Source: a virus. From it: a stretch of DNA of 64,000 bases. Within the stretch, counting starts at the first letter, position 1. The number at the start of each line of letters is the position of its first letter. Location: positions 31,559 to 95,558 of IMG/VR virus record IMGVR_UViG_3300047325_000072; one strand, written 5' to 3'. Under the pieces are notes generated by a model. That model searched no databases. It had not been told where the DNA came from and worked only from the letters and a program-made list of their open reading frames with translations. A program made the position numbers and the translations under genes. Below are positions 1 through 9,248 of this stretch, in pieces.

Positions 1-63
1 TTGGGCCGCGGCGCTGGCGACTGTGCTCTGGCTGCAATGGCTTTTGGATTGAGGAGAAACCCC

Positions 64-313
64 ATGAGGAAACGTAAGCTTCTATTTGCTGCTGCATTTT
101 TAGCAGGGATAACCCTATGTGCAATCGCCAACCATTCAAACGGGGCCGGCGACCGATCCTCTGACAAAATTGCCTGCCGATCAATGGGTTACGCTTGCTA
201 AGCATCTTGTTAATGGAAATTCGGTAATCGGAAAATCCTGGGTTTTTATGGTTAATGCAACCGGGGAGGAGCTTATTGCGGTAAACTGTGAGGGGGAGGT
301 TGCCGTCCTATGA
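64..313 (+). pseudogene. Possible frameshifted secreted protein (signal-peptide ORF 64-201, continuation in frame 119-313)
   Basis: RBS GAGGAG precedes ATG at 64; MRKRKLLFAAAFLAGITLCAIA looks like a signal peptide, but the ORF stops after 45 aa while an overlapping frame continues with protein-like sequence. Confidence 0.3.
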
Positions 314-439
314 GGAAACCATGGGGTTAGCCGCGAAATTTCTCCGGTCAGGAGACGAAGCCGATTTCTATTTCAGCACGGACGCGGGTGCGCCGGAATT
401 CTGGGAGCACGTATCTGTCGTGACCGGAGCAAGTAAGCG

Positions 440-913
440 ATGTGGCAAACCCACGCTACCCACCCCGCACCCCGTGACAGGCTTATCGAAGTCACTAACG
501 GTTATGCGTGGCACGCTATGGATGGTGTTCTAAAATATGATTGCGAACACGTTCGTAGCTGGCATCTACGCGGGATGATCATACTCGCTATCTTCAATCC
601 AGACCCTGGGCCAGGCTGGAAACCTTGCTTTGTCGCTGCTGAAGATCGCAGACCAATTCCACCTTTTCAATTCTGGCGCGAAGCCGTCAACCCATTACTG
701 TCACTGCCGCCCGACCCAACACTCTCCGTTGAGATGCTTCAAAACCAACCTCCCGGCGGGGCGCTCCACACATCGACCCCGTTTACCCCGGACGAAATAC
801 TCGCTCGACTTTCAGTAGTAAAGTCTCTCGGCGGCTTGGCTGCGCGCACCGAAGCGCGCCGTTTGGAAGCCAGGCTCGCCGAACTAATCGCGTCTGCGAA
901 AGGCGGCGCGTGA
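440..913 (+). CDS. Hypothetical phage protein
   Basis: 157-aa ORF whose stop overlaps the next start (GTGA). Confidence 0.5.
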   Translation: MWQTHATHPAPRDRLIEVTNGYAWHAMDGVLKYDCEHVRSWHLRGMIILAIFNPDPGPGWKPCFVAAEDRRPIPPFQFWREAVNPLLSLPPDPTLSVEMLQNQPPGGALHTSTPFTPDEILARLSVVKSLGGLAARTEARRLEARLAELIASAKGGA

Positions 914-1128
914 TGGCTGACGGTACAAACCTCGAATGGGCGGATGCGCTCTTTGACGATGTCTCGGATATCGACGCGACGATCGCGACCTGGAAGGGCG
1001 GCGGTCTCGACCCCGGCGAGGCATGGCTGGCGGTGGCCCGCCAATACCGCCGCGATGTCGGTTGGCCCGAAGTTCGCGGCTTCATACTCGGCTGGCTCGG
1101 CAACCAGCCGCCGCGTAAAAGGAGATAA
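910..1128 (+). CDS. Hypothetical phage protein
   Basis: 72-aa ORF translationally coupled to the upstream ORF. Confidence 0.5.
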   Translation: MMADGTNLEWADALFDDVSDIDATIATWKGGGLDPGEAWLAVARQYRRDVGWPEVRGFILGWLGNQPPRKRR

Positions 1129-1220
1129 AACACGATGAACTATCATGAAGCTTTCGCCCTCCAAAGCGCCATGAATAACGTGGCGACATTGGCCTATAAT
1201 CTCGACTCGCGGAAATTGGC

Positions 1221-1568
1221 ATGAAAACCGTTGTTGATTGGGGCAGCAAGCCGGAGCCGTGGCGCTCGATCGGCCCCGAGTTCAAGGCCGAGGTCGAGGC
1301 GATCGCATCGACGGAAGAGTGGGTTCCTGCACTGCGTCGGAGGATTGCAGCCGCTGGTCTAACCCTGAGCCAAGCTGCGGAAATTGCCGGCATAAGCCAG
1401 CCCAGCCTATCTCAGCTGCCCGAGCGAAAGGTGCCCCCGCGCTGGGACATGCGCCGCGCCGGCACTGCCAATGACGGCCGCCACACGGTCTATGTTATTA
1501 CCGAAGCCGGCAAACTCGCTCTTTCAAAGGTGCACGAGTATTTCGAGGAACAAGGGAAAATCCGATGA
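1221..1568 (+). CDS. XRE-type HTH protein, possibly chimeric
   Basis: LRRRIAAAGLTLSQAAEIAGISQPSLSQL is a Cro/XRE HTH pattern; C-terminal YVITEAGKLAL resembles a winged-helix wing. Confidence 0.6.
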   Translation: MKTVVDWGSKPEPWRSIGPEFKAEVEAIASTEEWVPALRRRIAAAGLTLSQAAEIAGISQPSLSQLPERKVPPRWDMRRAGTANDGRHTVYVITEAGKLALSKVHEYFEEQGKIR

Positions 1569-2467
1569 AAAACTACCTGCTTACCACTGTTGGCGTGCTT
1601 GCGCTTCTGATGCCTCTTGAAATGAAAGCTGAATCAAGAGGCGGCGGTCCGGAGGTCTCTAAACCGATCATCCGGCTTTGCACCGGCCCTGACGGAGGCA
1701 ACTACCAGCTTGCCGCCCAGGAAGTGACGAAATGGCTGCGGGACCGACTCGACGTACGCCTTGTCGAGACGAAAGGCTCCGTCGAAAACCTGGATCGGCT
1801 AGGCGCCAAAGAGTGCGATGTGGCCCCGGTGCAGGATGACGCTTTCCGGGTTTACAAGGTCAAGTATGCGCGCAGCGCGGGCGATCTGGAGCGGGCCGGG
1901 CCGTTATATCGCGAGTATGCCCACCTTGTTTGCAACCGCGCATCGGGGGTTAGCCGCGTTACCGACCTAATGAGCAAGAGCCACGGCGTCGCTATCGGCC
2001 CCAACGGCTCCGGCTCCTCGGTCACTTGGGATAGCTGGGTTTTGGCGGACAAAAGATATGCGGAGGCGCCCACCTTTCCGCTTGCAGGGCAGCGGGCTTT
2101 GGAAAAGGTCCGGCTGGGCACCGAGGTACAGTGCATGATCTTTACCGCTGCCCTGAACTCTTCCTTTGTGCGGGGCTTCGTCAACGCGGCTGGCGCAGAG
2201 GTCCACCTAGTGCGGGCTAACGACGGCGATTTCGATAATGCCAAGGACGAAAAGGGCAAGCCGATCTATCAATATGTCGATATTCCCGGCGGCACCTATC
2301 CCAAGATACAAGACGGCGCATTCAGTTCGTCGGTCCGCACCGTTGCCGTGCAAGCCGTTTGGGTTGCGCGCACCGAGTGGATCGAGGCCAATGAGCGCCC
2401 CTACAACTGGTTTCTGGAGGCGAAAACGCGGGCCGAGCCAGCCATTCGCAAGATTGTTGATCAATGA
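1565..2467 (+). CDS. TAXI-family TRAP transporter solute-binding protein
   Basis: Signal peptide; motifs TGPDGGNY, ETKGSVENL, DVAPVQDD, LYREYAHLV and IGPNGSGS are typical of TAXI solute-binding proteins. Confidence 0.85.
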   Translation: MKNYLLTTVGVLALLMPLEMKAESRGGGPEVSKPIIRLCTGPDGGNYQLAAQEVTKWLRDRLDVRLVETKGSVENLDRLGAKECDVAPVQDDAFRVYKVKYARSAGDLERAGPLYREYAHLVCNRASGVSRVTDLMSKSHGVAIGPNGSGSSVTWDSWVLADKRYAEAPTFPLAGQRALEKVRLGTEVQCMIFTAALNSSFVRGFVNAAGAEVHLVRANDGDFDNAKDEKGKPIYQYVDIPGGTYPKIQDGAFSSSVRTVAVQAVWVARTEWIEANERPYNWFLEAKTRAEPAIRKIVDQ

Positions 2468-2742
2468 GCCGTCTTTACGCTTACCTGGGAAGGTGGCGGC
2501 GAGGCTCAACCTTCCTGCTGCTGGTATCGTTAGTGGGCTTCGCGGTGCTTATGCACCCGAGCCTTACCGGATTTTTGCTTATCGTGGCAAATGGAGGGTT
2601 TTTATTCGTCATCCGAGAGGTTGCGCGGGCGGAGGGCGCGGCCGGCTTTACGGGTCCGTGGACGTTGCTCATCGCGCTCGGGGTTATCGTCGCATGCGGC
2701 TTTGCAGTTATGTCTATCCCTTGGGTCGGGGTTTACCGATGA
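2464..2742 (+). CDS. Small membrane protein (about 3 TM)
   Basis: Three hydrophobic stretches; ATGA overlap with the TAXI gene. Confidence 0.7.
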   Translation: MSRLYAYLGRWRRGSTFLLLVSLVGFAVLMHPSLTGFLLIVANGGFLFVIREVARAEGAAGFTGPWTLLIALGVIVACGFAVMSIPWVGVYR

Positions 2743-3123
2743 TTCGACGATATTTGTTTGCGCTGTACCGGCTGCAAATTGGTTAAGACGCCGCGGATCG
2801 GGCAGCTGGCCCCCGGTCGCGAAACGCACCGCGAGGGGATCGCCCGCAACGGGCAATCTTTGCGCGTTGCCCAACATGAACGAAGCTGGCAGTTGACGCT
2901 CAAAGGCGTATCGGGCGTGATCCATGCTTCCCGGAGTGATTGTACCCGGAGAACGGGACGATGATGGTTGGCTTCACGCCGACGTGATGTTTCGTGACGG
3001 CATGGCCGGATCGTCGCACAAGAGGCGAGGCTGATCCAAAATGAGGTTGCGCCACGCCCAGACCCGGTAGCACTCGCGAAATCGAATCAATGACTTAACA
3101 CCGCATAGCCCTTTGATCTCAAC

Positions 3124-3137
3124 ACCCGGCTCGCCGG
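3124..3137. terminator. Hairpin at the convergence of plus- and minus-strand operons
   Basis: CCCGGC-TC-GCCGGG inverted repeat about 20 bp past the stop of the last late gene; no clear U-tract. Confidence 0.3.
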
Positions 3138-3156
3138 GACAAAAGCGAGAGGCTGC

Positions 3157-3921
3157 TCAAAAACCAATAACCCAAAAGTCAGAGGCTAGATCGGCGCGCA
3201 ACACGTACTCAAAGGGCATTAGAAAATATCCCTTCAAACCCCAACCGGCTCCCCAGGAGTTCCGTATCAGAAAATTGCGCTCAGCAAGGTCATATCCGAC
3301 GATAAGGACCGCGTGGCCGCCCAGAGGGGCATCGCCGGGCGCCGGTAGCGGAACGCGGCCTGTGCGCGCGACTTCCGGAGAGTCGAAAGCAGGGTAGACT
3401 GTAAAGCCAAAAATCACCGGGTCGCCAGCAGCAAGCGCGCCGCATATTTGTTGGGTTGCTTGCTGAACCGCGGAGTAGGTTATAACTCGGTCGCGCACCG
3501 CTGCCGTGTAGCAAGCCGGCGCGGGCTTCACGCTCCAGCTTTTGGGGTCGTAGGGCCAGCCGTCGGGGCCGTCCTCGTAGCAAGCGCCCACTGAGGCCGC
3601 AAACTTTATGCCGTCCCGGAGATAGCCGCCTGCGTCGCTTGAAACGGTGCCCTCCATCTCGCGCTCGCCATAATAGATCATGAGCCGAGAGGGCACGCGA
3701 TCAGAGTCCGACAAATTGTGCCGCATCCTCTCATATTGCAGCGCCCCGGCAATCGCATTGCCGGTGCAAGAGCCGATGTAGCCTTGATCGTAGATCGGCG
3801 GCATTACTTTTCGCAGATCTACTAACGAGGGCAGCGCGGCCTGCATAGCGCGAGGCGCGGCATAAGCCTGGTCGCGATGATCCGGGAGTTGCGGGCGCCA
3901 GCCCAGGCCGCGTGTTGTCAC
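3157..3921 (-). CDS. Papain-like C1 cysteine peptidase
   Basis: LPSLVDLR, DQGYIGSC (Gln/Cys), GGHAVLIVGYD (His), IRNSWGAGWGLKGYF (Asn). Confidence 0.93.
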   Translation of the reverse strand: MTTRGLGWRPQLPDHRDQAYAAPRAMQAALPSLVDLRKVMPPIYDQGYIGSCTGNAIAGALQYERMRHNLSDSDRVPSRLMIYYGEREMEGTVSSDAGGYLRDGIKFAASVGACYEDGPDGWPYDPKSWSVKPAPACYTAAVRDRVITYSAVQQATQQICGALAAGDPVIFGFTVYPAFDSPEVARTGRVPLPAPGDAPLGGHAVLIVGYDLAERNFLIRNSWGAGWGLKGYFLMPFEYVLRADLASDFWVIGF

Positions 3922-4413
3922 CTAAATCTTTCCCGCGATAACATCGAGCAGGATGACCCGAGCTACGTCCGGGGGCATCCCCGACGCGGCGGCAGGGATA
4001 AGGATGCCGACCGCCGCCTCGATAACCGGCAACAGAGCCGACGCGGCCTCTAGTGCTAGAGAGACGCCCGAGGGGAGAATCCCGGTAGAGGAGGCTAATG
4101 CCCCGACCGCGGCATTCACAACCCCCTCTAGGAGCTTGACGGTCGGCTGCGCCGCATTAGCCGACGCGGCCGACACGATTTGCGCTGCCAGCGTAGCCGC
4201 CTGCGCCGCATAGTTGCTGTACCTTTCGATAGTTGCTGCCGATAGGCCGGCGAATGAGCCGAGCGTTCCGACGAGGGAAGTCAACGCTTGGGCTAAGAGT
4301 TGCGAATCCTGTGCATACTGCGGCAATACTTGCGGAAGCGGTGTTGAGCAAGCCGCAAGAGCGCCTGCAATAGCTGATGACATCAACAATTGACGCCGCG
4401 AAAGGACATTCAT
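3922..4413 (-). CDS. Tat-signal lipoprotein in the lysis region
   Basis: SRRQLL twin-arginine motif, hydrophobic core and LAAC lipobox. Confidence 0.7.
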   Translation of the reverse strand: MNVLSRRQLLMSSAIAGALAACSTPLPQVLPQYAQDSQLLAQALTSLVGTLGSFAGLSAATIERYSNYAAQAATLAAQIVSAASANAAQPTVKLLEGVVNAAVGALASSTGILPSGVSLALEAASALLPVIEAAVGILIPAAASGMPPDVARVILLDVIAGKI

Positions 4414-4417
4414 GGCT

Positions 4418-4687
4418 TCAAGCTACCTTCAAGGGGCGCCCGGCATTGGCCGAAGCGACGGAGTTGGCGTGATCAGCATGGGCGGCCTGAAACTTTTGGT
4501 AAAAGGATAGGATCACGGAGCCTAAGACCGAAAGTCCTCCGGCCACACCCCAAAGGACGCTAGCATCGGAAAGCGCCGAAACCGAAACGCCAAAAGTCCC
4601 GAGGATGGTTAGAAGGGCGCGTAGAGCCGTGTAAACAAGGGTTTGGATTGAAACGTCCGGCGTGGACGGCACGGGTAGATCGGGCAT
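4418..4687 (-). CDS. Putative holin (2 TM)
   Basis: 89 aa, two hydrophobic helices, charged C-terminus, lysis-region position. Confidence 0.6.
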   Translation of the reverse strand: MPDLPVPSTPDVSIQTLVYTALRALLTILGTFGVSVSALSDASVLWGVAGGLSVLGSVILSFYQKFQAAHADHANSVASANAGRPLKVA

Positions 4688-4990
4688 TTATGGTTTCTCC
4701 TCCGGCGCCGGCAGGAAACATCCCGGCTTGTCCCCGCATTTCACGGCGTAGTCCTCCAGGTCCTTCACGCGCTTTTCACGCTCGGCGAGGCGGGCGTTCT
4801 TCATCTGCACGTCCTGCAACAGCGCTGACAGCTTTGCCATCAACGTATCGCGCGTGCTCGAATGCGCCTCCCAGGCGGCCCCCACGTCGTCGGCCGGGCT
4901 GCGCTGCGGGGGCTGCTGTGCGTGCGCAGCACTTGCCGCGCCGAACAACGCCAGCCCTGCAAAGATGTATCTCCAACGCGTCTCGTTCAT
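4688..4990 (-). CDS. Secreted or anchored coiled-coil protein (i-spanin-like)
   Basis: N-terminal signal/TM, coiled coil, C-terminal Cys pair; RBS GAGGGG. Confidence 0.5.
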   Translation of the reverse strand: MNETRWRYIFAGLALFGAASAAHAQQPPQRSPADDVGAAWEAHSSTRDTLMAKLSALLQDVQMKNARLAEREKRVKDLEDYAVKCGDKPGCFLPAPEEKP

Positions 4991-5001
4991 CTTCCCCTCT
5001 C

Positions 5002-8000
5002 TCAGCAGCTAGTGACTATTCCAAGAAAAGTAGTAAAGCCTGATGTGGGAGACCCCGAGCATGATACCCCAGCTATGCCGTTTATAGTAAGGGGCTGCGC
5101 CCCTCCGGAGTCAATTTGAAACGCAAGCGGCCCGGTGGAAACATCTATTTCCAATCCAGCGGTAATGCCCGATGAGCTGGTAATGTGATTTTTTAGGCTG
5201 AGATCATCAACATACAGTTTAAGATACCTAGTCGATCCTCCCGACGTTCCAAGTGTAAGCTGAGAGAAGACCCCGGATCCACCACCACTATTTATGATTG
5301 ATACCTGTTCATTCCCGCCGCTTTGCGTGAAATTGAACTGCGACGCACTGCCCCCCGAAGATACAAAGTTCAGTGGACCAGCGACCGCGCCTATGTTAAG
5401 CGACGTATTTGCCGATCCCGAATTTAGGTATACTCCGGCCGCATCAAGCACCGCTAGATCGAAATAAGAATTAGCGGTTCCTGTAACGCCGAGAATGTCA
5501 ACTTTTGAAGACGTGGTTGCATTAGAAACCTCCAATCGAGTTTGGGTGTTGGTGCTGGAGGGCTGAGCGAAGACGAATTGCGGGTACATTTGCTGCACCC
5601 CGAACGTTGCCGCTGGCGAACCCCCGGAGGTAAGCGTAGGCGAGTTGCCGAAACTTATCAGCGATGAGGCCGTCACTCCCGATGCAAGCGTTGAGCCGGT
5701 AAGAGTACCAGCCGCAGCGGGCGGGGTGCAACTCCCGCCTAGAGAGCAAGAAGTTCCGTTTATCGTGATCGAGCCGCTTGCCGCAGACGCACTACCTGCG
5801 TAGCACGTCCAGGGACCAGTCGAGGACACGCCATTCGACCACTGAGCCTGTATCCCGTTACCGGGCGTCAGCGTAGACGGGCACGACACGAAGGGCCATG
5901 GAGGATCGCCCGAGGCCGGCGTCAGTGTTAGCGAGCTAATGGTAACATCGGACTGGATTATCGCGTTTTGCCCCTCGCTAGCCTGCGGCATGGCAATCGA
6001 ACAAGATGCGATCGTACCGGAGCCGTGAATAAATAAATAGGAGGTCGGGCCAAACTTTTGCATCGTCAGGCCGCCGCTGCACCCTGTCGTGCCGTTTACC
6101 GAAATTAGATACCCGCCGGGATAGTTTAGGGTAGAAGCTTTAAAGTTACCTGCGTCCCAATTTGTGATCGCTCCGGTGTTGTTTGATCCGAACGTCTCGA
6201 TCGGAGACGCAAGGGTCAACACGTTTCCAGTACCAACGTAAACCGCGGGGGATGCGGATACAATGCTGTCCTGACTATAATTCACAATCTGTGTTGTACC
6301 AACAAACAAACTCGCCCCTGCATTGTCGGCTAGATAAAGGGCCGATCCACCCGTCGCCAGCGTACGCAGGTTGCTGATCATAATCGACGCGACACCGTCC
6401 GTGCGGACGGCCTGCGAACCAAGTATTTGTTCGCCGGCAAGATAGGCGTTACCGATTTGGATAAAACTCCCTCCTGCATTCGATCGAGAGTGAATACCGT
6501 AAAGGCACTCGTCGCAACCATAATTCGCGAACGATAATCCTGTTGCGCTTCCGTTCACGGAAGATGTGAGATCAATACCGGCATAATACCCGAAATTGTA
6601 GAACGTAGTTGCCCCGAGTCCATCCATGCGCTCCGCGGTAAACGGCGTCCCGTTGCTAACCTGCCAACTTTGCACCGCTGAATTACTTGACCAAACCGGC
6701 CAAAAGATCATGCTTCCGTCGAGGCGTGTAGAATCCTCTTGATTATCAATAGTAACGAAATTCTTGAAAGGCTGACCGAATATCTGCCCGGTAAAGGATA
6801 ACCTGCCGCCGAAACCTACAGCTTCCATGAACTGATAAGAATTATAAACATAAACGTCGCCGAAGATAATGCGACCGGTAGTGTTATTGACGCTGAAGGT
6901 CGGCTGATAAACAGTCGGCGCCCAAAATGAAAGATAGAGCGTCCCGGAGCCTAGAGAATTGCAACTTGACGGAGAGCCGAGCGTCGGGCCGGGGCACTGA
7001 ATATGAATCTGTGTCCCGCTATCGATCGACGCGATTGTCGCTCCCGTCTGCACTTGGGTGTAGCTCGGCACCTGCGCAGACATCGCAGTTGAACCTATCG
7101 TGCCAAGATTAGCAGAAAGGGTGAATACCGTAGGACCGCCGCCCGTAATGGACACGCCGGCCGACACACCGGGGATAACGAGAAATTGGCGCTCTAGGAT
7201 TGTTCCGGTAACGCCGCTGACCGTGAGAGTGGTTGTTGAAATAGACCCCGTAAACGTTGCCGTCGTCGCGCCGCTTGTTGACATCGACTCGGACGAGATC
7301 GTACCGAGATTCGCGTTAAGGGTCCAAGTCGATCCGCTCCCGGAAAGAATATAGGTGTTGCCGACACCCGCGCCGACGAGTTGTTGCCCGACCAGGATCG
7401 TGCCCGCAACGCCGCTGACCGTAAGCGTCGTTCCAGATACGGAACCCGTGAAACTGGCCGCAGTAGTGCCCCCGACGCCCATCCCGACGGCAAGGTTGGC
7501 GGTTGAGGAAAGTCCCGAAATGATTGCCGAGCCGGCTGTCGTAGTCCCGAACTGATCGTTTGCGGTCGGCGAAGAATGATCTTCACACATGCTAAAATTA
7601 AAGAAACCGCCCGTACCCTCCAAAGAGCTACCAGTTATGGTTATAGGTTTGAAACCTGTGCTCGCCGACTTGCGATGATACCAAGTACCGTGCACCTGGG
7701 AAGCAGGACTAGGGCAAGCAGCACCTTGATTATATTCATTGCCGCCAGTACCTACAAACTTCGGGAGATAAGTGTTCAGCGTATTAGCCGATGCCAGCAG
7801 ATAAACACCATCGGGTTGAGAAACGAGCGGCACACCGGAGGTCGCGGCAGCAAGAATATACGGCACATAATCGGTAGTGTCGTCCGGCGTATAGCCGAAT
7901 TCCCGAATATCGAAGCCTCCCGGAGCATAAACTGCATTAAAGCAGCCGCCCCCGGACCCCGGTATTTGCGTCGCGCCGTCACCCGGTGCGTTTATCGCGC

Positions 8001-8655
8001 CCGATGAAACGTTTTGAGAAATATTAACGGTCCAAGTGTTCCCGCTACCCGAAAGAATAACAGTGCCCGGTGTTACGCCTGCACTGGAGATTACAAGACC
8101 GGGACGCACAACCCCAGATGCAAGCGTGCCGATAGTTAGAGTTGTGCCGGCAATAGAACTCCCGGTCGAGGTAAAAGTGGTTAAAGAGCATGTTGTGCCC
8201 GAAGCATTGTATTGCTGACAAGGGGCATCGCCACCGTTGGCCGCGAGGTAGCCGCAACGCTCTACTACGGTGCGTGCTGCCACAGTAGCAAGAGCCATCG
8301 CCTGATTATTTACAAACGGACCCGCCGCGGCCGTACCGCCAAGATTGGCAAGAGCGATCGCAGGGTTGTCAACGTCACTTAGGTTTCGGGCCGGGTTAAG
8401 CGGAATATAGCCTAGCGCTGCGACAATCTGATTAAAAGTCAGATTAAGTAAACCGACAATAGTCGGATTGCACAACGTGCCGTTGTTAGCGTCAACCTTA
8501 ACGGCAAAATATTGTTTCCAAACGCTGGCGATCGATCCGAAAACGCTCCCAGAGGGGTTTGGGAAAGCGGGAGACGATTGAGTGGCGCATTGTGCAAATG
8601 CCGGGCTTGCACCCGCAAGCAGCCATATTGCCAGAGCGAAGAATGTCTTTCTCAT
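5002..8655 (-). CDS. 1217-aa fibre/tailspike-like protein with Sec signal peptide
   Basis: ATG at 8655 overlaps the endolysin stop (ATGA); MRKTFFALAIWLLAGASPAFA-Q signal; FDIREFGYTPDDTTD resembles the start of a pectate-lyase-like beta-helix; Ser/Thr/Gly-rich repeats. Confidence 0.75.
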   Translation of the reverse strand: MRKTFFALAIWLLAGASPAFAQCATQSSPAFPNPSGSVFGSIASVWKQYFAVKVDANNGTLCNPTIVGLLNLTFNQIVAALGYIPLNPARNLSDVDNPAIALANLGGTAAAGPFVNNQAMALATVAARTVVERCGYLAANGGDAPCQQYNASGTTCSLTTFTSTGSSIAGTTLTIGTLASGVVRPGLVISSAGVTPGTVILSGSGNTWTVNISQNVSSGAINAPGDGATQIPGSGGGCFNAVYAPGGFDIREFGYTPDDTTDYVPYILAAATSGVPLVSQPDGVYLLASANTLNTYLPKFVGTGGNEYNQGAACPSPASQVHGTWYHRKSASTGFKPITITGSSLEGTGGFFNFSMCEDHSSPTANDQFGTTTAGSAIISGLSSTANLAVGMGVGGTTAASFTGSVSGTTLTVSGVAGTILVGQQLVGAGVGNTYILSGSGSTWTLNANLGTISSESMSTSGATTATFTGSISTTTLTVSGVTGTILERQFLVIPGVSAGVSITGGGPTVFTLSANLGTIGSTAMSAQVPSYTQVQTGATIASIDSGTQIHIQCPGPTLGSPSSCNSLGSGTLYLSFWAPTVYQPTFSVNNTTGRIIFGDVYVYNSYQFMEAVGFGGRLSFTGQIFGQPFKNFVTIDNQEDSTRLDGSMIFWPVWSSNSAVQSWQVSNGTPFTAERMDGLGATTFYNFGYYAGIDLTSSVNGSATGLSFANYGCDECLYGIHSRSNAGGSFIQIGNAYLAGEQILGSQAVRTDGVASIMISNLRTLATGGSALYLADNAGASLFVGTTQIVNYSQDSIVSASPAVYVGTGNVLTLASPIETFGSNNTGAITNWDAGNFKASTLNYPGGYLISVNGTTGCSGGLTMQKFGPTSYLFIHGSGTIASCSIAMPQASEGQNAIIQSDVTISSLTLTPASGDPPWPFVSCPSTLTPGNGIQAQWSNGVSSTGPWTCYAGSASAASGSITINGTSCSLGGSCTPPAAAGTLTGSTLASGVTASSLISFGNSPTLTSGGSPAATFGVQQMYPQFVFAQPSSTNTQTRLEVSNATTSSKVDILGVTGTANSYFDLAVLDAAGVYLNSGSANTSLNIGAVAGPLNFVSSGGSASQFNFTQSGGNEQVSIINSGGGSGVFSQLTLGTSGGSTRYLKLYVDDLSLKNHITSSSGITAGLEIDVSTGPLAFQIDSGGAQPLTINGIAGVSCSGSPTSGFTTFLGIVTSC

Positions 8656-9248
8656 GCCGTAGTAGCTCTCTTTTGATAGGCCGCTTCTAGCTTGCCGTCG
8701 TAATCGTTGTCCCGGTAGCCTGCGCCATTGTAGCGGAGCGCGAAACGCGCCCACTGATGCGTGCGGAGATAAGTGTCGAGAGCGTTGGCCCGGCAAAACG
8801 CGACGAAAGCGGCAAGGTGCGCTTCTTCACTCTTGACGAAAGCTGAAACCATATCTTGCGGAGTAGCAAAGCCACAGACAGCGTGGTTCAGCCCCAATAC
8901 TTGGAACATCCCCCAGCTTGCCGCTTCTAGCGCGGCCGTCTCGTCGAGCTTCATTGCCTCCGAGAGACGATCGTACTGATGCGCGCCCGGCGCGCCGTAG
9001 AGAGATCGGTTCCAAATCGGAGATGAAATATTGGGATTAGATTTGTCCCATTTATGGGCCGTAAGCCGTCCGAAAACCTGTGCCTCGTAAAGGATCTTGG
9101 GGCGCTTGTCCGGTAGAAATCCGCCCCCCGCAGCCTCAACGTCGCATACAGCCCAAACAGCGGCCGGCTCGCATCGCAGCGCATGGGCCGCGGCGCTCAC
9201 AGCGGCAGGAGTTAATCGAATTGCATCGCCAACGAAATTGATTGTCAA
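8652..9248 (-). CDS. Endolysin, N-acetylmuramidase (DUF3380-like)
   Basis: AVCDVEAAGGGF, PKILYEAQVF, ASWGMFQVLGLN, WARFALRYNGAGY..NDYD. Confidence 0.92.
   Translation of the reverse strand: MTINFVGDAIRLTPAAVSAAAHALRCEPAAVWAVCDVEAAGGGFLPDKRPKILYEAQVFGRLTAHKWDKSNPNISSPIWNRSLYGAPGAHQYDRLSEAMKLDETAALEAASWGMFQVLGLNHAVCGFATPQDMVSAFVKSEEAHLAAFVAFCRANALDTYLRTHQWARFALRYNGAGYRDNDYDGKLEAAYQKRATTA

Noticed and set aside
3077-3110. ATCAATGACTTA motif as a possible attP or recombinase site at the operon convergence
   Set aside because: Single short motif; no integrase or partner site seen in the window
8655-8796. 47-aa N-terminal extension of the 1264-aa ORF
   Set aside because: Overlaps the endolysin; ATG 8655 gives ATGA coupling and a clean signal peptide
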